DNA from: Octopus sinensis
Lineage: Eukaryota
NCBI RefSeq assembly: GCF_006345805.1
Contig: NC_043014.1
Coordinates: 33,542,001 to 33,606,000 of the forward strand
Direction of reading: 5' to 3'
Length of the DNA stretch: 64,000 nucleotides
The notes below the pieces were generated by a model that saw only the letters and a program-made list of their open reading frames with translations, did no database searches and was not told the origin of the DNA. The translations under genes and the position numbers were made by a program. Positions 24,539-36,056 of the stretch are shown piece after piece; within the stretch, counting starts at the first letter, position 1; each line of letters opens with the position of its first letter.

Positions 24539-24829
24539 GCCTAGTGGTTAGAGCAGTGGACTCGCGATCAAGGAATCGTGGGTTCGAATTTCAGACCGGG
24601 CAATGTGTGTGTTTATGAGCAAAACACCTAAGCTCCACATGGCTCCAGCAGAAGGTAATGGTGAACTTCTGCTGACTCTTTCACCACAACTTTCTTTCAC
24701 TCTTTCCTCCTGCATCTAGCAGCTCACCTGTGATGGACTGGCGTCTCATCCAGGTGGGGAACCTATTCGCCAATGAAACCGGGAAACTGACCCATTATGA
24801 GCCAGGCGTGGCTTGAGAAGGAACAAACA
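24539..24829 (+). mobile_element. SINE family A (tail type 3) flanked by 136-bp direct repeats
   Basis: tRNA head gcctagtggttagagcagtggactcgcg...ggttcgaatttc; tail as at 44316-44610. Confidence 0.85.
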
Positions 24830-25134
24830 ACTTCTGAAGGATCTAAGATAAGAATGTTAACATTTTTCAGCCTGTTATGTCTAACCTCATATGCTCAGCC
24901 TACAATATGAAAATCTAAAAGTAAACACTCACATCATTGAAATTTCAAAGCTACAAAATAATGTGTGATTAATTCAGAACTGAATAAATAAGTAATCTGA
25001 TTCTTCAAGGGTTAATGAAAGATGAGCTGTTTATGATTTTATTAAACCTGTTTACATTAGCTACAAAAGACATCTTTTTATTTTTTTGTTGGGTGGCGAT
25101 TCAATTAAAAAAAAATATTAAGTTACTTTTCGCC

Positions 25135-25330
25135 TTTCATCTAGGATGTCATATGAGAATTAAAATGCATGACTTTCACAGCCAGGTAGACTACTTCCTT
25201 GCTAATTTAAGGGCTGATAGTGGAGAGCAAAGAAAATGTTCCAGCCAAGACAGAAAGACTCTGAAAAAACGAAGATATTAGAGGCTGTGGAATATAAACA
25301 ATATGTGGAATATCATCATGTTATTCCATA
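25135..25330 (+). mobile_element. DNA transposase C-terminal relic, probably Chapaev/CMC type
   Basis: LGCHMRIKMHDFHSQVDYFLANLRADSGEQRKCSSQDRKTLKKRRY resembles the GCxMSxKxHFLHSHLDxFPxNLGxxSxEQGERFHQD motif. Family assignment is from memory. Confidence 0.6.
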
Positions 25331-25461
25331 TTGTCATATTTAACAACTTGATGCCTTACAACAGAAAAACAGAAGCAGTCGTGTTTTACAATCCGAGAAG
25401 AGAATACTTCCCTTTGACTTTTGTTGATTTTGCATTTGCCGTTCGTTACCGATTTGCCTCG

Positions 25462-25503
<42 letters not shown>

Positions 25504-25508
<5 letters not shown>

Positions 25509-25623
25509 CAATAAGAGGCTTCCAAATAGGAAAGCGTTGTGCTAGAAAGAACAGTAGAAATCTCAAAAACCACTACTCTTTCTAGCACAACGCTTTTCTA
25601 TTTGGAAGCCTCTTATTGTATTT
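25504..25623. mobile_element. Small hairpin MITE-like element
   Basis: 47-bp arms (25504-25550 / 25577-25623), one mismatch, 26-nt spacer. Confidence 0.75.
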
Positions 25624-25739
25624 CTATACGAATAATATATAGTCTAATGACTAATTCGTTTTTTGTGCTTGGCCACTGGTAATAATAATTTATTATTACC
25701 CTATATATTATGTTATATATATATATAATCTTGTTTAAA

Positions 25740-26095
25740 AGAGTTAGACTACAGTTAAGCTGTGGCACTGCTTTGAAGAATTCTTTTAGTTGAACGAATA
25801 GACCCCAGTACTCTTAGTACATTTTTAAAGCCTGGTACTTATTCTTTTGGACTTTTTTGCCAAACCTCTTAATTATAATGTAACTCCACCAACACTGGTT
25901 GTGAAGCAGTGGTGTGGGACAAACAAACACACACCCACATGCAGGTTTCTTTCAGTTTCCATCTACTAAATCCTCTCACAAGGCCTTGGTTGGCCCGAGG
26001 CTATAGTAGAAGATACTTGCCCAAGCTGCCATGCGGTGGGATGAACCCAGGACCATGTGGTTGGGAATCAAACTTCTTACCGCACAGTTATGCCA
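25740..26095 (-). mobile_element. SINE family C (CORE-like, ...ggcaccttgggcaagtgtcttctactatagcc...)
   Basis: Diverged reverse copy of 31409-31805. A second copy lies at ~26545-26900. Confidence 0.75.
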
Positions 26096-27244
26096 ACGCC
26101 TGTTTGTGTGTGTATTGAGGGAGAGAGAGAGACAGACAGCCATTAGAACTGCTGTAGAATTAGAGATAGGAACTGTAATCATTAACTCAGAAAAATAAAA
26201 TGTTTTAAACAAGTGCAAATTGTCTTTTGTAAAATATGTGTTCCAGAGTAACTTATGAACTTTAATAATGTTCTTTATGAAAATATTTTCAGGTTTAGCA
26301 TCGACATTCAAATGCATATGTTTTATTTGTGAATTATTTTAACTTTTCCTGCAATAAGCCTGAAGAATTATCTTTCTAAAATTATAAAACATTTACCGGT
26401 TCTTACTTTAGTGAAGGCGAAAGATTTATTGGTCAGGGCGAAAAGAAACTAGAGTTTGATAAATTTTCTCTTTAAGCAAGGAAATCCATGTATTTTTCAG
26501 CAGTAACATTCCAACGTAAATACGTCTCCGTATATATTAGGTTTTATCGTTTACTTGTGTCAGTCATTAGGCCTCGGCCATCTGAGGTATTGCCTTGAAG
26601 GGCTTTAGTCAAACGAATCGCCCCAGTACTTGACTTTTTATTCTATCATCGCTTTTGCCGAACTGCTAAGCGTTACGGGGTCGTAAATAAACCTTCACAG
26701 TTTGTCAAGAGGTGGTGGGGGACAAACACAATCGCCCTCTTCACACACATGGTGCGTGTGTATATAACAAGTTTCAGTTTCCATCTACCAAATCTATTCA
26801 CAAGGCTTTGGTCGACCCAGGGCTATAGTAGAAGATACTTGAGACTGAACCTGGAACTATATAGTTTGGAAGCAAACCTCTTACCACACAGCCACGCCTG
26901 CATCCGTTATTAACTTTAAAATACTGTAATGAAAACCAGTTTTCTTTTTACTTCACACCTTTTTATTTGTATTACATTTTGGCCAACGGGTTTTCCTCCT
27001 TAGTTTATTAACGTGTACTTCAACGCTTGCAGGAAATAAATGTAGAATTGAAAGGAAACGGGAAAAGAAAGAATAAATGATGTTTTGTGTGACATTTGAG
27101 AAACAACACGTAGTAAGGGTTGGGGTTGATGCTGTTGTTGATGTTATTATATAACTCCAAGTCATCTGTGGTTAAGCAAACTTATGATCAAAGACATTCC
27201 AGCTGTGAGGTACATGCCTTTTTGATCAATCTATATATCTCTTA

Positions 27245-27882
27245 CTAGCAGTATCGCCCGGCGTTGCTCGGGTTTGTAAGGGAAATAACTATATAAGCAT
27301 TTTTAGAGAGTTATAGCCAAAAAATAGCAAAAAATGCATTAAAAATGGAAAAAATATGATGGTAAATTTTTTGAAAAATCGTTGACTCATCGTAGACATT
27401 TTTAGAGAGTTACTTCCCTTATATAATAGCGAAAAAATGCATTAAAAGGGGAAAAAAACGATGGTAAATTTTTTTTAAAATCGTAGACTCATGTAGACGC
27501 TTTCTTAGCCATTTCTGTTTTGGTGTCTTCAAGCCATGAAGTCGTTGTTCTAAAAGAACACTGGTCTCCTTGACAACGCATTACGACGTTGATTTCCTTA
27601 CACTCCCTTCCCCACAGGTGCAGGTGTGAGCGTGGACGCCAACTCCGCCGCCATCGACACACGAAAAATTATGCATTAAAAATGGAATAAAAAATGATGT
27701 TAAATTATTTTTAAAATCGTAGACTCATCGTAGACGCGCGCTAATATTCAGACGGGCTCGATATGAATCACGACTATAAGCTACCCGAATTTGGTTAAAC
27801 TGCACCGCAAAATGTGGGAGTAGTTAGGAATCTAAATCGAAGGGGACAGACACTCACACAACTACAGTTTTATATATATAGA
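27245..27882 (-). mobile_element. Non-autonomous Helitron
   Basis: Minus strand begins tctatatatataaaactg and ends aaacccgagcaacgccgggcgatactgctag|t. Confidence 0.85.
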
Positions 27883-27989
27883 TATACATAGCGCAGTAGT
27901 GGTGAGATGTGACAGCAAAGAAAAGCATACATTCACTCTCTGCATGCAATTAGACTCGGAAAGTTCGTGAGGAACCCATTGACCCAATT

Positions 27990-28310
27990 TGCTGACTTTT
28001 CTGATAGCACACAGGTCTCAATGAATGGTTGAATGACCAAATCCAAGCTTCTCTGCTAGTTCCTCAACAGTTACGATGAAATTTTGTTCCACCAGGGTTT
28101 TCAGGATGTCCTTGTCGAGTTCTACAGATCTTTCAGGATGAGGCTCGTCTTCTAGGCTGTAGTTTATGGCTCGGGATTTCTGGAACCACCATTGACACTC
28201 CCTTACGCTTATTGTCCAATCCCCATATACTGCATTAATATTTCTTGTACTTTGCACACATTTATATTCTGTTATTCTTTTATATATTTCAGCCTTGAGG
28301 TTGTGGCCAT
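27990..28310 (-). mobile_element. mariner transposase N-terminal fragment
   Basis: STRNINAVYGDWTISVRECQWWFQKSRAINYSLEDEPHPERS...VEELAEKLGFGHSTI (mariner HTH). Same family as 62392-62870. Confidence 0.88.
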
Positions 28311-28544
28311 GCTGGATCATGTGTGTGTGTGTGTGTGTGTCTATCTGTCTGTCTGTCTGTATGTATATATGTATATGTATGTGTGTGAACAATAATATTT
28401 TCAACAGATGTGTTGCAAATGTATCTGATTGTTCTCAAGCTTCAATACTGTGTGTGTGTGTATGTATGTATGTATATGTATGTATGTATGTATATGTATG
28501 TGTGTATGTGTGTATGTATGTATGTGTGTGTGTATGTATGTGTA

Positions 28545-28575
<31 letters not shown>

Positions 28576-28783
28576 ATGTATGTATGAGTATGTTTACTTT
28601 ATTACTAACACAAGCCACTACGGTTATTTAATGAAAGTCTTCCTCTCTCGCTATTTACTCTCTTCCAAGAACATTTTCACTCACTCTTAGCTCTTAGCTT
28701 CCCATACATTTTACTCATGTATCTATCAGCGTCATAGACAGAATACTTTCAGTTTAGTCTTCCTCAAATCACTCTGTCGCTAT

Positions 28784-29316
28784 TTACTTTCATTTTATTC
28801 GTTGCCCACTGTGTGTGTGCGTTTGCGTGTGGTGTAAACCAGACTAAGAAAAGCATTTGACACACACACCAGAATATGAGTTTTCTGTAAATTTTGCTTA
28901 ATTGGAGTTTAAATTTTAAAAACTGGACCTGGCATGACGCGATGCATTGTACTCTTAAAACTGCTAGGTAAATTGTAATTGAAGAAATCCTATATTGTAG
29001 ATTTGTATAACTCCCAAAGGGAGGCAGATAAAATCTGCCTTTTATAATAAGAGATTATAAAAGGCAGATTTTATCTGCCTCCCTTTGGGAGTTATACAAA
29101 TCTACAATATAGGATTTCTTCAATTACAATTTACCTGTCAGTTTTAAGAGTACAATGCATCGCGTCATGCCAGGTCCAGTTTTTAAAATTTAAACTCCAA
29201 TTAAGCAAAATTTACAGAAAACTCACATTCTGGTGTGTGTCAAATGCTTTTCTTAGTCTGGTTTACACCACACGCACACGCACACACACAGTGGGCAATG
29301 AATAAAATGAAAGTAA
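28784..29316. repeat. ~265-bp-arm near-perfect palindrome built from a Helitron-like 5' segment
   Basis: Arms 28784-29048 / 29054-29316, 5-nt spacer aagag, about 5 substitutions and one 2-bp indel. Confidence 0.9.
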
Positions 29317-29419
29317 TTCACTTACTGTAGTGAGTGATTCTTTCACTCTGTCTCCCACTTCCTCTTTCCACACATAGACACGCAAATATATAAATAAAAT
29401 TGTAAGCTAACGTGCGTGT

Positions 29420-29450
<31 letters not shown>

Positions 29451-29565
29451 CGCGTGTGTGTGTGTGTGTGAGGGTGCGTGTGTGTGTGTGTGTGCGTGTG
29501 CGTGAGTGTGTGACAGGAAAGTTTTTTACTACGAATATAAGACCTATATCCAAGTAGCAGAAAGA

Positions 29566-29830
29566 TAAGACAGTAAGGTGTGATTTGAGGGAGATTTGGC
29601 TGCTATTTCTACCATGTCTAGCTGCCATGTAGGGGTCTCCCTCATAGGCTCATACATACATATATACATAGATAAGACAGTAAGGTGTGATTTGGGGGAA
29701 ATTTGGCTGCTATTTCTACCAGGTCTAGCTACCATGTAGAAGTCCCCCTCATTGGCTCATATATATATATACATACATAAGACAGTAAGGTGTGATTTGA
29801 GGGAGATTTTGCTGCTGTTTCTACCAGGTC
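29566..29830 (+). repeat. Three tandem ~106-bp copies of a dispersed repeat's 3' part (family D)
   Basis: ataagacagtaaggtgtgatttg at 29566, 29672, 29777. Related pieces at ~7960-8160, 10740-10860, 11130-11300. Confidence 0.8.
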
Positions 29831-30149
29831 TGTTAGGCATTCTCATGTAAATTCAAGCTTTCTCATGCCTTGAACATAAGACCAAAGCAGAGAATGTATT
29901 CTTTTATTCTTCTGCTTTTTCCAGCCATTGGTCTGTGGCCATGCTGGGGCAATGCCTTGAAGAATTGTAGTTTAATGAATCAACTCCAGTTTTATTTTTG
30001 TAAGCATTGTACTTATTCTATCTGTTTCCTTTGTCAAACCACTAGGTGACAGGGATGTAAACAAACCAACATTCGTTGTCAAGCAGTGGTGGAGGACAAT
30101 CACAAGCACAGACACGCACACACACACACATACATGCATACACATACAC

Positions 30150-30180
<31 letters not shown>

Positions 30181-30196
30181 TATGTGTATATATATA

Positions 30197-30455
30197 TTGC
30201 AGCGTGGAAGGTGTTTGTAAGCCATTTAAGAAACACACAAAAACCGTTACATTCACTTCAACATTTAAATTTAATTTGCCAAAATATTTTCGTCGCTTTG
30301 AGACCGCGACCTGTTCACTGACAAAAATATCGTGCTTAACAAGTCGTGGTCTCAAAGCGACGAAAATATTTTGACAAATAAATTTAAATGTTGAAGTGAA
30401 TGTAACGGTTTTTGTGTGTTTCTTAAATGGCTTATAAACACCTTCAACGCTGCAA
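30197..30455. repeat. ~113-bp-arm inverted repeat, possibly Penelope-related
   Basis: Arms 30197-30310 / 30343-30455, 32-nt spacer, a few mismatches. Confidence 0.8.
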
Positions 30456-30615
30456 CTGTTTTCGTTCCAGCACACGATCTCAGATCAAGTCACTTGCTAT
30501 GCAAGTACATCTCTGTAACTATATATATATTTATATATATATATATGTATATTGGTAAAAACAGTAAGATAACAAAAGAAAGAAAGAGACCTCAATATTA
30601 TGTAAATAGAGGAAA

Positions 30616-31010
30616 TCTTTATATATAAAAGTGAGGTTGTGTGTCTGTCTCCTACGATTTAGATTCCTAACTACTCCCACATTTTGCGGTGCAGTTTAAC
30701 CAAAACCGGGTATCTTATAGTCGTGATTCATATCGAGACCGTCTGGGTATTAGCGCGCGTCTACGATGAGTCTACGATTTAAAAAAAAATTTACCATCAA
30801 TTTTTCCCATTTTTAATCCATTTTTGACATATATAAGGGAAGTAACTCTCTAAAATTTATTATTAAATCTCAGAACGTAAAAAGCTACAGTAACACCCCT
30901 CCCCCTTTGTGGTTAGCCATATTGAGATGGCTATTATACTTTACATCTCTAAAAATGCTTATATAATTATTTCCCTTACAAACCCGAGCAACGCCGGGCG
31001 ATACTGCTAG
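30616..31010 (+). mobile_element. Non-autonomous Helitron (same family as 27245-27882)
   Basis: a|tctttatatataaaagtg...cccgagcaacgccgggcgatactgctag|t; followed by another Helitron-like 5' piece at ~31011-31130. Confidence 0.85.
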
Positions 31011-31408
31011 TATATATATAAAGACAAGAATGTCTGTGTGTGTGTGTGAATCCCTAAAACTCAAGAACTACACAACCGATTTCATTCAAATTTTACACAT
31101 GCCTTACTTAGGGTGATGTAGTGTCATGGGCCCCCAAAATTTTCAACTTCTTGTCTATTCATTGAAAAGTGAAGAATATTGGAACACGATGATTACTTAA
31201 TGCACTTTATATATACACCTTATATACTTCATGCACAATTTTATAGGCTTTATACACAACACTCTCCCTCTTTCTCTCTCACTCTTCGTCTTACCCTCCT
31301 TTTCTTTCGCTCTTCGCCTTTTCCCTTCAACTAATCATGTGAAAGTGTTACAGACAGGCTGAGTGACGAAAGAAAAAAAAACTAAGTTAAAACAAAAAAA
31401 TTAAACAT

Positions 31409-31805
31409 AGGCGTAGGAGTGGCTGTGTGGTAAGTAGCTTGTCTACCAACCACATGGTTCCGGGTTCAGTCCCACTGCGTGGCACCTTGGGCAAGTATCT
31501 TCTACTATAGCCTTGGGCCGACCAATGCCTTGTGAGTGGATTTGGTAGACGGAAACGGAAAGAAGCCCGTCGTATATATCTATAAAATATATATATATGC
31601 GTTTGTGTGTCTGTGTTTGTCCCCTAGCATCACTTGACAACCGATGCTGGTGTGTTTATGTCCCCGTTACTTAGCGGTTCGGCAAAAGAGACCGATAGAA
31701 TATGTACTGGGCTTACAAAAGAATAAGTCCCGGTGTCGAGTTGCTCGATTAAAGGCGGTGCTCCAGCATGGCCGCAGTCAAATGACTGAAACAAGTAAAA
31801 GAGTA
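31409..31805 (+). mobile_element. SINE family C, full length
   Basis: ggcgtaggagtggctgtgtggtaag...gggttcagtccc...ccttgggcaag...gactgaaacaagtaaaagag. Further copies at 32550-32925(+), 43260-43690(-), 48800-49040(+), 29900-30190(-). Confidence 0.88.
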
Positions 31806-32236
31806 TTTCATTCACTACCACCTCCTCCTCCCCATCCTTCTTCCACTTCAACTAATCACACGGAAGCGTTACAGACGAGCTAAGTAACAGAGTGACAAGC
31901 AGATTTATGATAAGATCTCTTTTTAATCCATAAATTATATTTTCAAATATCCGCGGTGCACCGCTTGAGAATCACTACGTTAGATTTCCATTTTTCATGC
32001 GCCTAGCCTGTATTTTAGATAAAGAACTGCGTACACGCATGAATCGACATAGTTGTATGCTGAGAATCTACTGTGTACTTTCTTAAAACGTTAGAGTTAT
32101 TCCCCGTGAATATATGATTTTAGAGTAGTTTCCCTTGTCTCGGAAACTTGGAAAATATCTTTTTTGTATATATATGTGTATGTGCGTCTATGCTTAATCT
32201 CTCTCTTTCTCTCTCTCTCTTACATACACACACACA

Positions 32237-32322
<86 letters not shown>

Positions 32323-33557
32323 GGGACAACTGAAGAAGGGGAATATTCTTTATGTGTATGTCTCGTGTCTATGTTTTTGTTTTTGTTTTCGTTTTTCATT
32401 GTGTTCAACGTTTTTTTTTTTATGTTCTGTACCCATATATGCATGTATAATACATTATATGTAGGTATGTACATACATGTATGTATATATAATATATTAT
32501 TTTTATATATAATATATATATATATCATATATATGTATGTGTATGTGTGTAGGAGGCTGTGTGGTAAGTAGCTTGTTTACCAACCACATGGTTCCGGGTT
32601 CAGTCCCACTGCGTGGCACCTTGGGTAAGTGTCTTCTACTATAGCCTCGGGCTGACCAAAGCCTTGTGAGTGGATTTGGTAGACGGAAACTGAAAGAAGC
32701 CCGTCGTATATATGTATATATATATATGCGTGTCTTCTGTTTGTCCTCCTGGCATTGCTTGACAGCCGATGCTGGTGTGTTTATGTCCCCGTTACAGGGC
32801 GGTTCGGCAAGGGAGACCGATAGAATAAGTACTGGGCTTACAAAAGAATGGGTCCCGAGGTCGAGTTGCTCGATTAAGGGCGGTGTTCCAGCATGGCCGC
32901 AGTCAAATGACTGAAACGAGTAAAAGAGTGTGTGTGTGTGTTGAGAGAGGTACTTTATAGATTTAGAACTAGTAATGTTCAGGCGTCTCTTTGAATTGGA
33001 TATAATTATCAGTCAGCGGACAAGCTGGCGCACTTGTTAGAGCGTTGGAAATTGCTTTCTTCCGGTACTTTACATTCTCTGTTCAAATGCCGTCGAGGGC
33101 GACCATACCTTTCAAAACTGTTGACATTATGGATCTGATCGCTCCCGAATAGATCTGAAAATGTATAGTATAATATTCTTGGGGCAAGGGTAGAGAACTG
33201 TAGGTGTCTACGTCGGGTAAGCCAGTTGCGTTCACTGGGTGGCCACAACTGGTATTATATTTCTGCCTTGATATAATAAACAAAGTTTGATAGTAAAAAC
33301 AGTGCTAATAACATCTTTTGTTATTCTTATGTGACTTTTGTAAGTCTGGTAAAATAGATAATCAGTCGCGTGTCTAGAAAGAAGAATGGTGAATGACCTG
33401 TGGTAGGTGTGTCTGTGTATGTGTGTATTTGTGCACGTGCATGTCCGTGCCTGTGTGAGTGTGCGCAAACGTGTTTGTGTTTATATATATTTATAAACAC
33501 ATACAATGTTTGCGCGCGCGCGCACACACGCACACACATATATATATATATATATAC

Positions 33558-33850
33558 GTGGAGGCGCAATGGCCCAGTGGTTAGGACAGCGAACTTGCGG
33601 TGTAGAATCAATTCCCAGACCAGGCGTTGTGAGTGTTTATTGAGCGAAAACACCTAAAGCTCCACGAGGCTCCAGCAGGGGGTGGTGGCGATCCCTGCTG
33701 TACTCTTTCGCCACAACTTTCTCTCACTCTTTCTTCTGTTGGCCTGCTCGCTTAGCCAGCGGGGAGGTGTCATTTAAAGGCTAAAACAATGCAAAGCGCA
33801 TTGTGACCAGCGATGTGTAGCAACATCTGATAGCCAGGTCGGTCACGGTG
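33558..33850 (+). mobile_element. SINE family A (tail type 2)
   Basis: Family A head and body with a tail ...ggctaaaacaatgcaaagcgcattgtgaccagcg; the tail also occurs at 5915-6077(-). Confidence 0.85.
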
Positions 33851-33852
33851 AT

Positions 33853-34560
33853 ATCTATATATATAAAACTCAACTTGTGTGTCTGTGTGTTTTACTTCCC
33901 GGCACATCTCCTAGCCAACAAAATGGGTCACTTAAAGTTTAGGCGAATGAAAATTGAACTGCGCTATTTCTGTTCCGAAATTCATTTCGCAAGTGCAAAA
34001 ATCGATAATGTGTTTGTTTAGGCCTTATCCCATGCGTTGAATAGCGAACTTTACTCAGTCAGCTGTTTGACGTGAACTGTGTTTACCACGCATGCAAGCA
34101 TGCGTAAATTGCATGAAAAATAAAAAATCAAGATATAAAAACGAATCGCCGTAAACATTGTAGAAATTCGCCCAAGAAATGAATTTTCGGGATGTAGTCT
34201 GGAGGATATTTTCGTATTAATCGTTTGGACTTTGTGAACACATACCAATTATTTTTATAACATTTTCAACGCTTTGAATTAAATGTGACCATTTTGCATT
34301 GAGTCTGCAGTTTGAATCACTTTAACCAAATTTTAGCAGGCCGGATTTTTGATCATCACGATACATCGCCAGCGACTCCCTGAAACTCTCCCCTGAAATC
34401 CCCGTTGAGAAATCTATATATATAGAATTCAACTTGTGTGTCTGTGTGTGTATCTGTGTGTGTCTCTGTGTGTTTAGCTTCTGGATCTACCAAGTTTCAT
34501 TATTAAGGATGGAAAGTAGTGTGTAGCAAATCTATATATATAAAGCTGAAGATGTCTGAG
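33853..34560 (+). mobile_element. Cluster of three Helitron-like 5' ends
   Basis: tctatatatataaa/ga motifs at ~33853, ~34413, ~34531; no CTAG 3' end seen. Confidence 0.65.
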
Positions 34561-34882
34561 TGTGGTAGGTTTGGTAGCCTCACTGGAATTTGAACTCAGA
34601 ACGTAACGGCAGACGAAATACTCATTTCTTTACTACCCACAAGGGGCTAAACACAGAGAGGACAAACGGATTAAGTCGATTATATCTAGTACTTAATTTA
34701 TCGACCCCGAAAGGATGAAAGGCAAAGTCGACCTCGACGGAATTTGAACTCAGAACGTAACGGCAGACGAAATACGGCTACGCATTTCGCCCGGCATGCT
34801 AACGTTTCTGCCAGCTCGCCGCCTTGTCGAATTGTTAATAATGCTTAAGAAAAATAAAACAAGATAAAATATAAGTAATAAA

Positions 34883-34913
<31 letters not shown>

Positions 34914-34940
34914 TGTATGTATGTGCATATACATATATCA

Positions 34941-35565
34941 TACCTTGATACTGTGTGGACTAAGATCCTCGTTGACAGGCCGCTGCTATTTATAGTGTTA
35001 AGCACTTTCGTTATGCAAATTAGGAACTCCTGCATAGAATAACTGCTGCATTTGTTGAGTATATAAACAGTTTGGCTGCTTGTTTCTCCGGAGACTGTCA
35101 GAATGCTGTAGACACCTCTGATGAGAACCCCATAAGGTTAAAAAATCGCTTAAGGTTGTTCATAATTTTTTTCAGTCTGTGGAGCAATAGCTAAAATTCT
35201 CCCTGTTTGTAATTATACCATATGTAACATATTTATTATATGATACCTTGATACTGTGTGGACTAAGATCCCCGTTGACAGGCCGCTGGTATTTATAGTG
35301 TTAAACACTTTCGGTACGCAAAACTGCTGCATTTGTTGAGTATATAAACAGTTTGGTAGCTTGTTTCTCTGGAGACTGTCAGAATGTTGTAGATTCCTCA
35401 ACAAATGCAGCAGTTATTCTATGCAGGAGTTCCTAATTTGCATAACGAAAGTGCTTAACACTATAAGGTTCGAAAATTGATCAAGGTTGTTCATCCTTTC
35501 TTTCAGTCTCCGGAGAAATAGCGAAAATTTGCCCTGATTATAATTATATCATATGCTACATATAT
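34941..35565 (+). repeat. Tandem dimer (~303-bp period) carrying degenerate hammerhead motifs; Penelope LTR or retrozyme-like
   Basis: taccttgatactgtgtgg at 34941 and 35244. Copy 1 has CTGATGAG-AACC-ccataa-GGTT; copy 2 has GGTT-CGAAA. Confidence 0.7.
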
Positions 35566-35674
35566 AAACACACACACACACACGCACACACGCACGCACA
35601 GATAGATACATACATAGAATTGTTTGTGTTCTTAATGTTGACTTCTTTCAATAATGTTATTAACACTAATGCTG

Positions 35675-36056
35675 TGGAGGCGCAATGGCCCAGTGGTTAG
35701 GGCAGCGGACTCGCGGTCATAGGATCGCGGTTTCGATTCCCAGACCGGGCCTTGTGAGTGTTTATTGAGCGAAAACACCTAAAGATCCACGAGGCTCCGG
35801 CAGGGGATGGTGGTGATCCCTGCTGTTTCACCACAACTTTCTCTCACTCTTACTTCCTGTTTCTGTTGTACCTGTATTTCAAAGGGCCGGCCTTGTCACT
35901 CTCTGTGTCACGCTGAATATTCCCGAGAACTACGTTAAGCGTGCACGTGTCTGTGGAGTGCTCAGCCACTTACACGTTAATTTCACGAGCAGGCTGTTCC
36001 GTTGATTCGGATCAACCGGAACCCTCGTCGTCGTAACCGACGGAGTGCTTCCATCC
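35675..36056 (+). mobile_element. SINE family A (tail type 1) flanked by 111-bp direct repeats
   Basis: Full head to tail ...gtaaccgacggagtgcttcc. Confidence 0.9.

Noticed and set aside
27033-27076. Alternative APRT terminal exon (cttgcag|GA AAT AAA...TAA, phase-compatible with exon 3)
   Set aside because: It would delete the conserved C-terminal strands; the acceptor match alone is expected by chance.
27245-31010. Large mirror symmetry: divergent Helitrons roughly equidistant from the 29050 palindrome centre
   Set aside because: The intervening left and right sequences are unrelated and the distances differ (about 1.8 vs 2.0 kb); likely coincidental insertions of an abundant family.
35675-35750. 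tRNA gene
   Set aside because: A and B boxes are present but there is no closed acceptor stem, and the sequence runs into a SINE body repeated many times.
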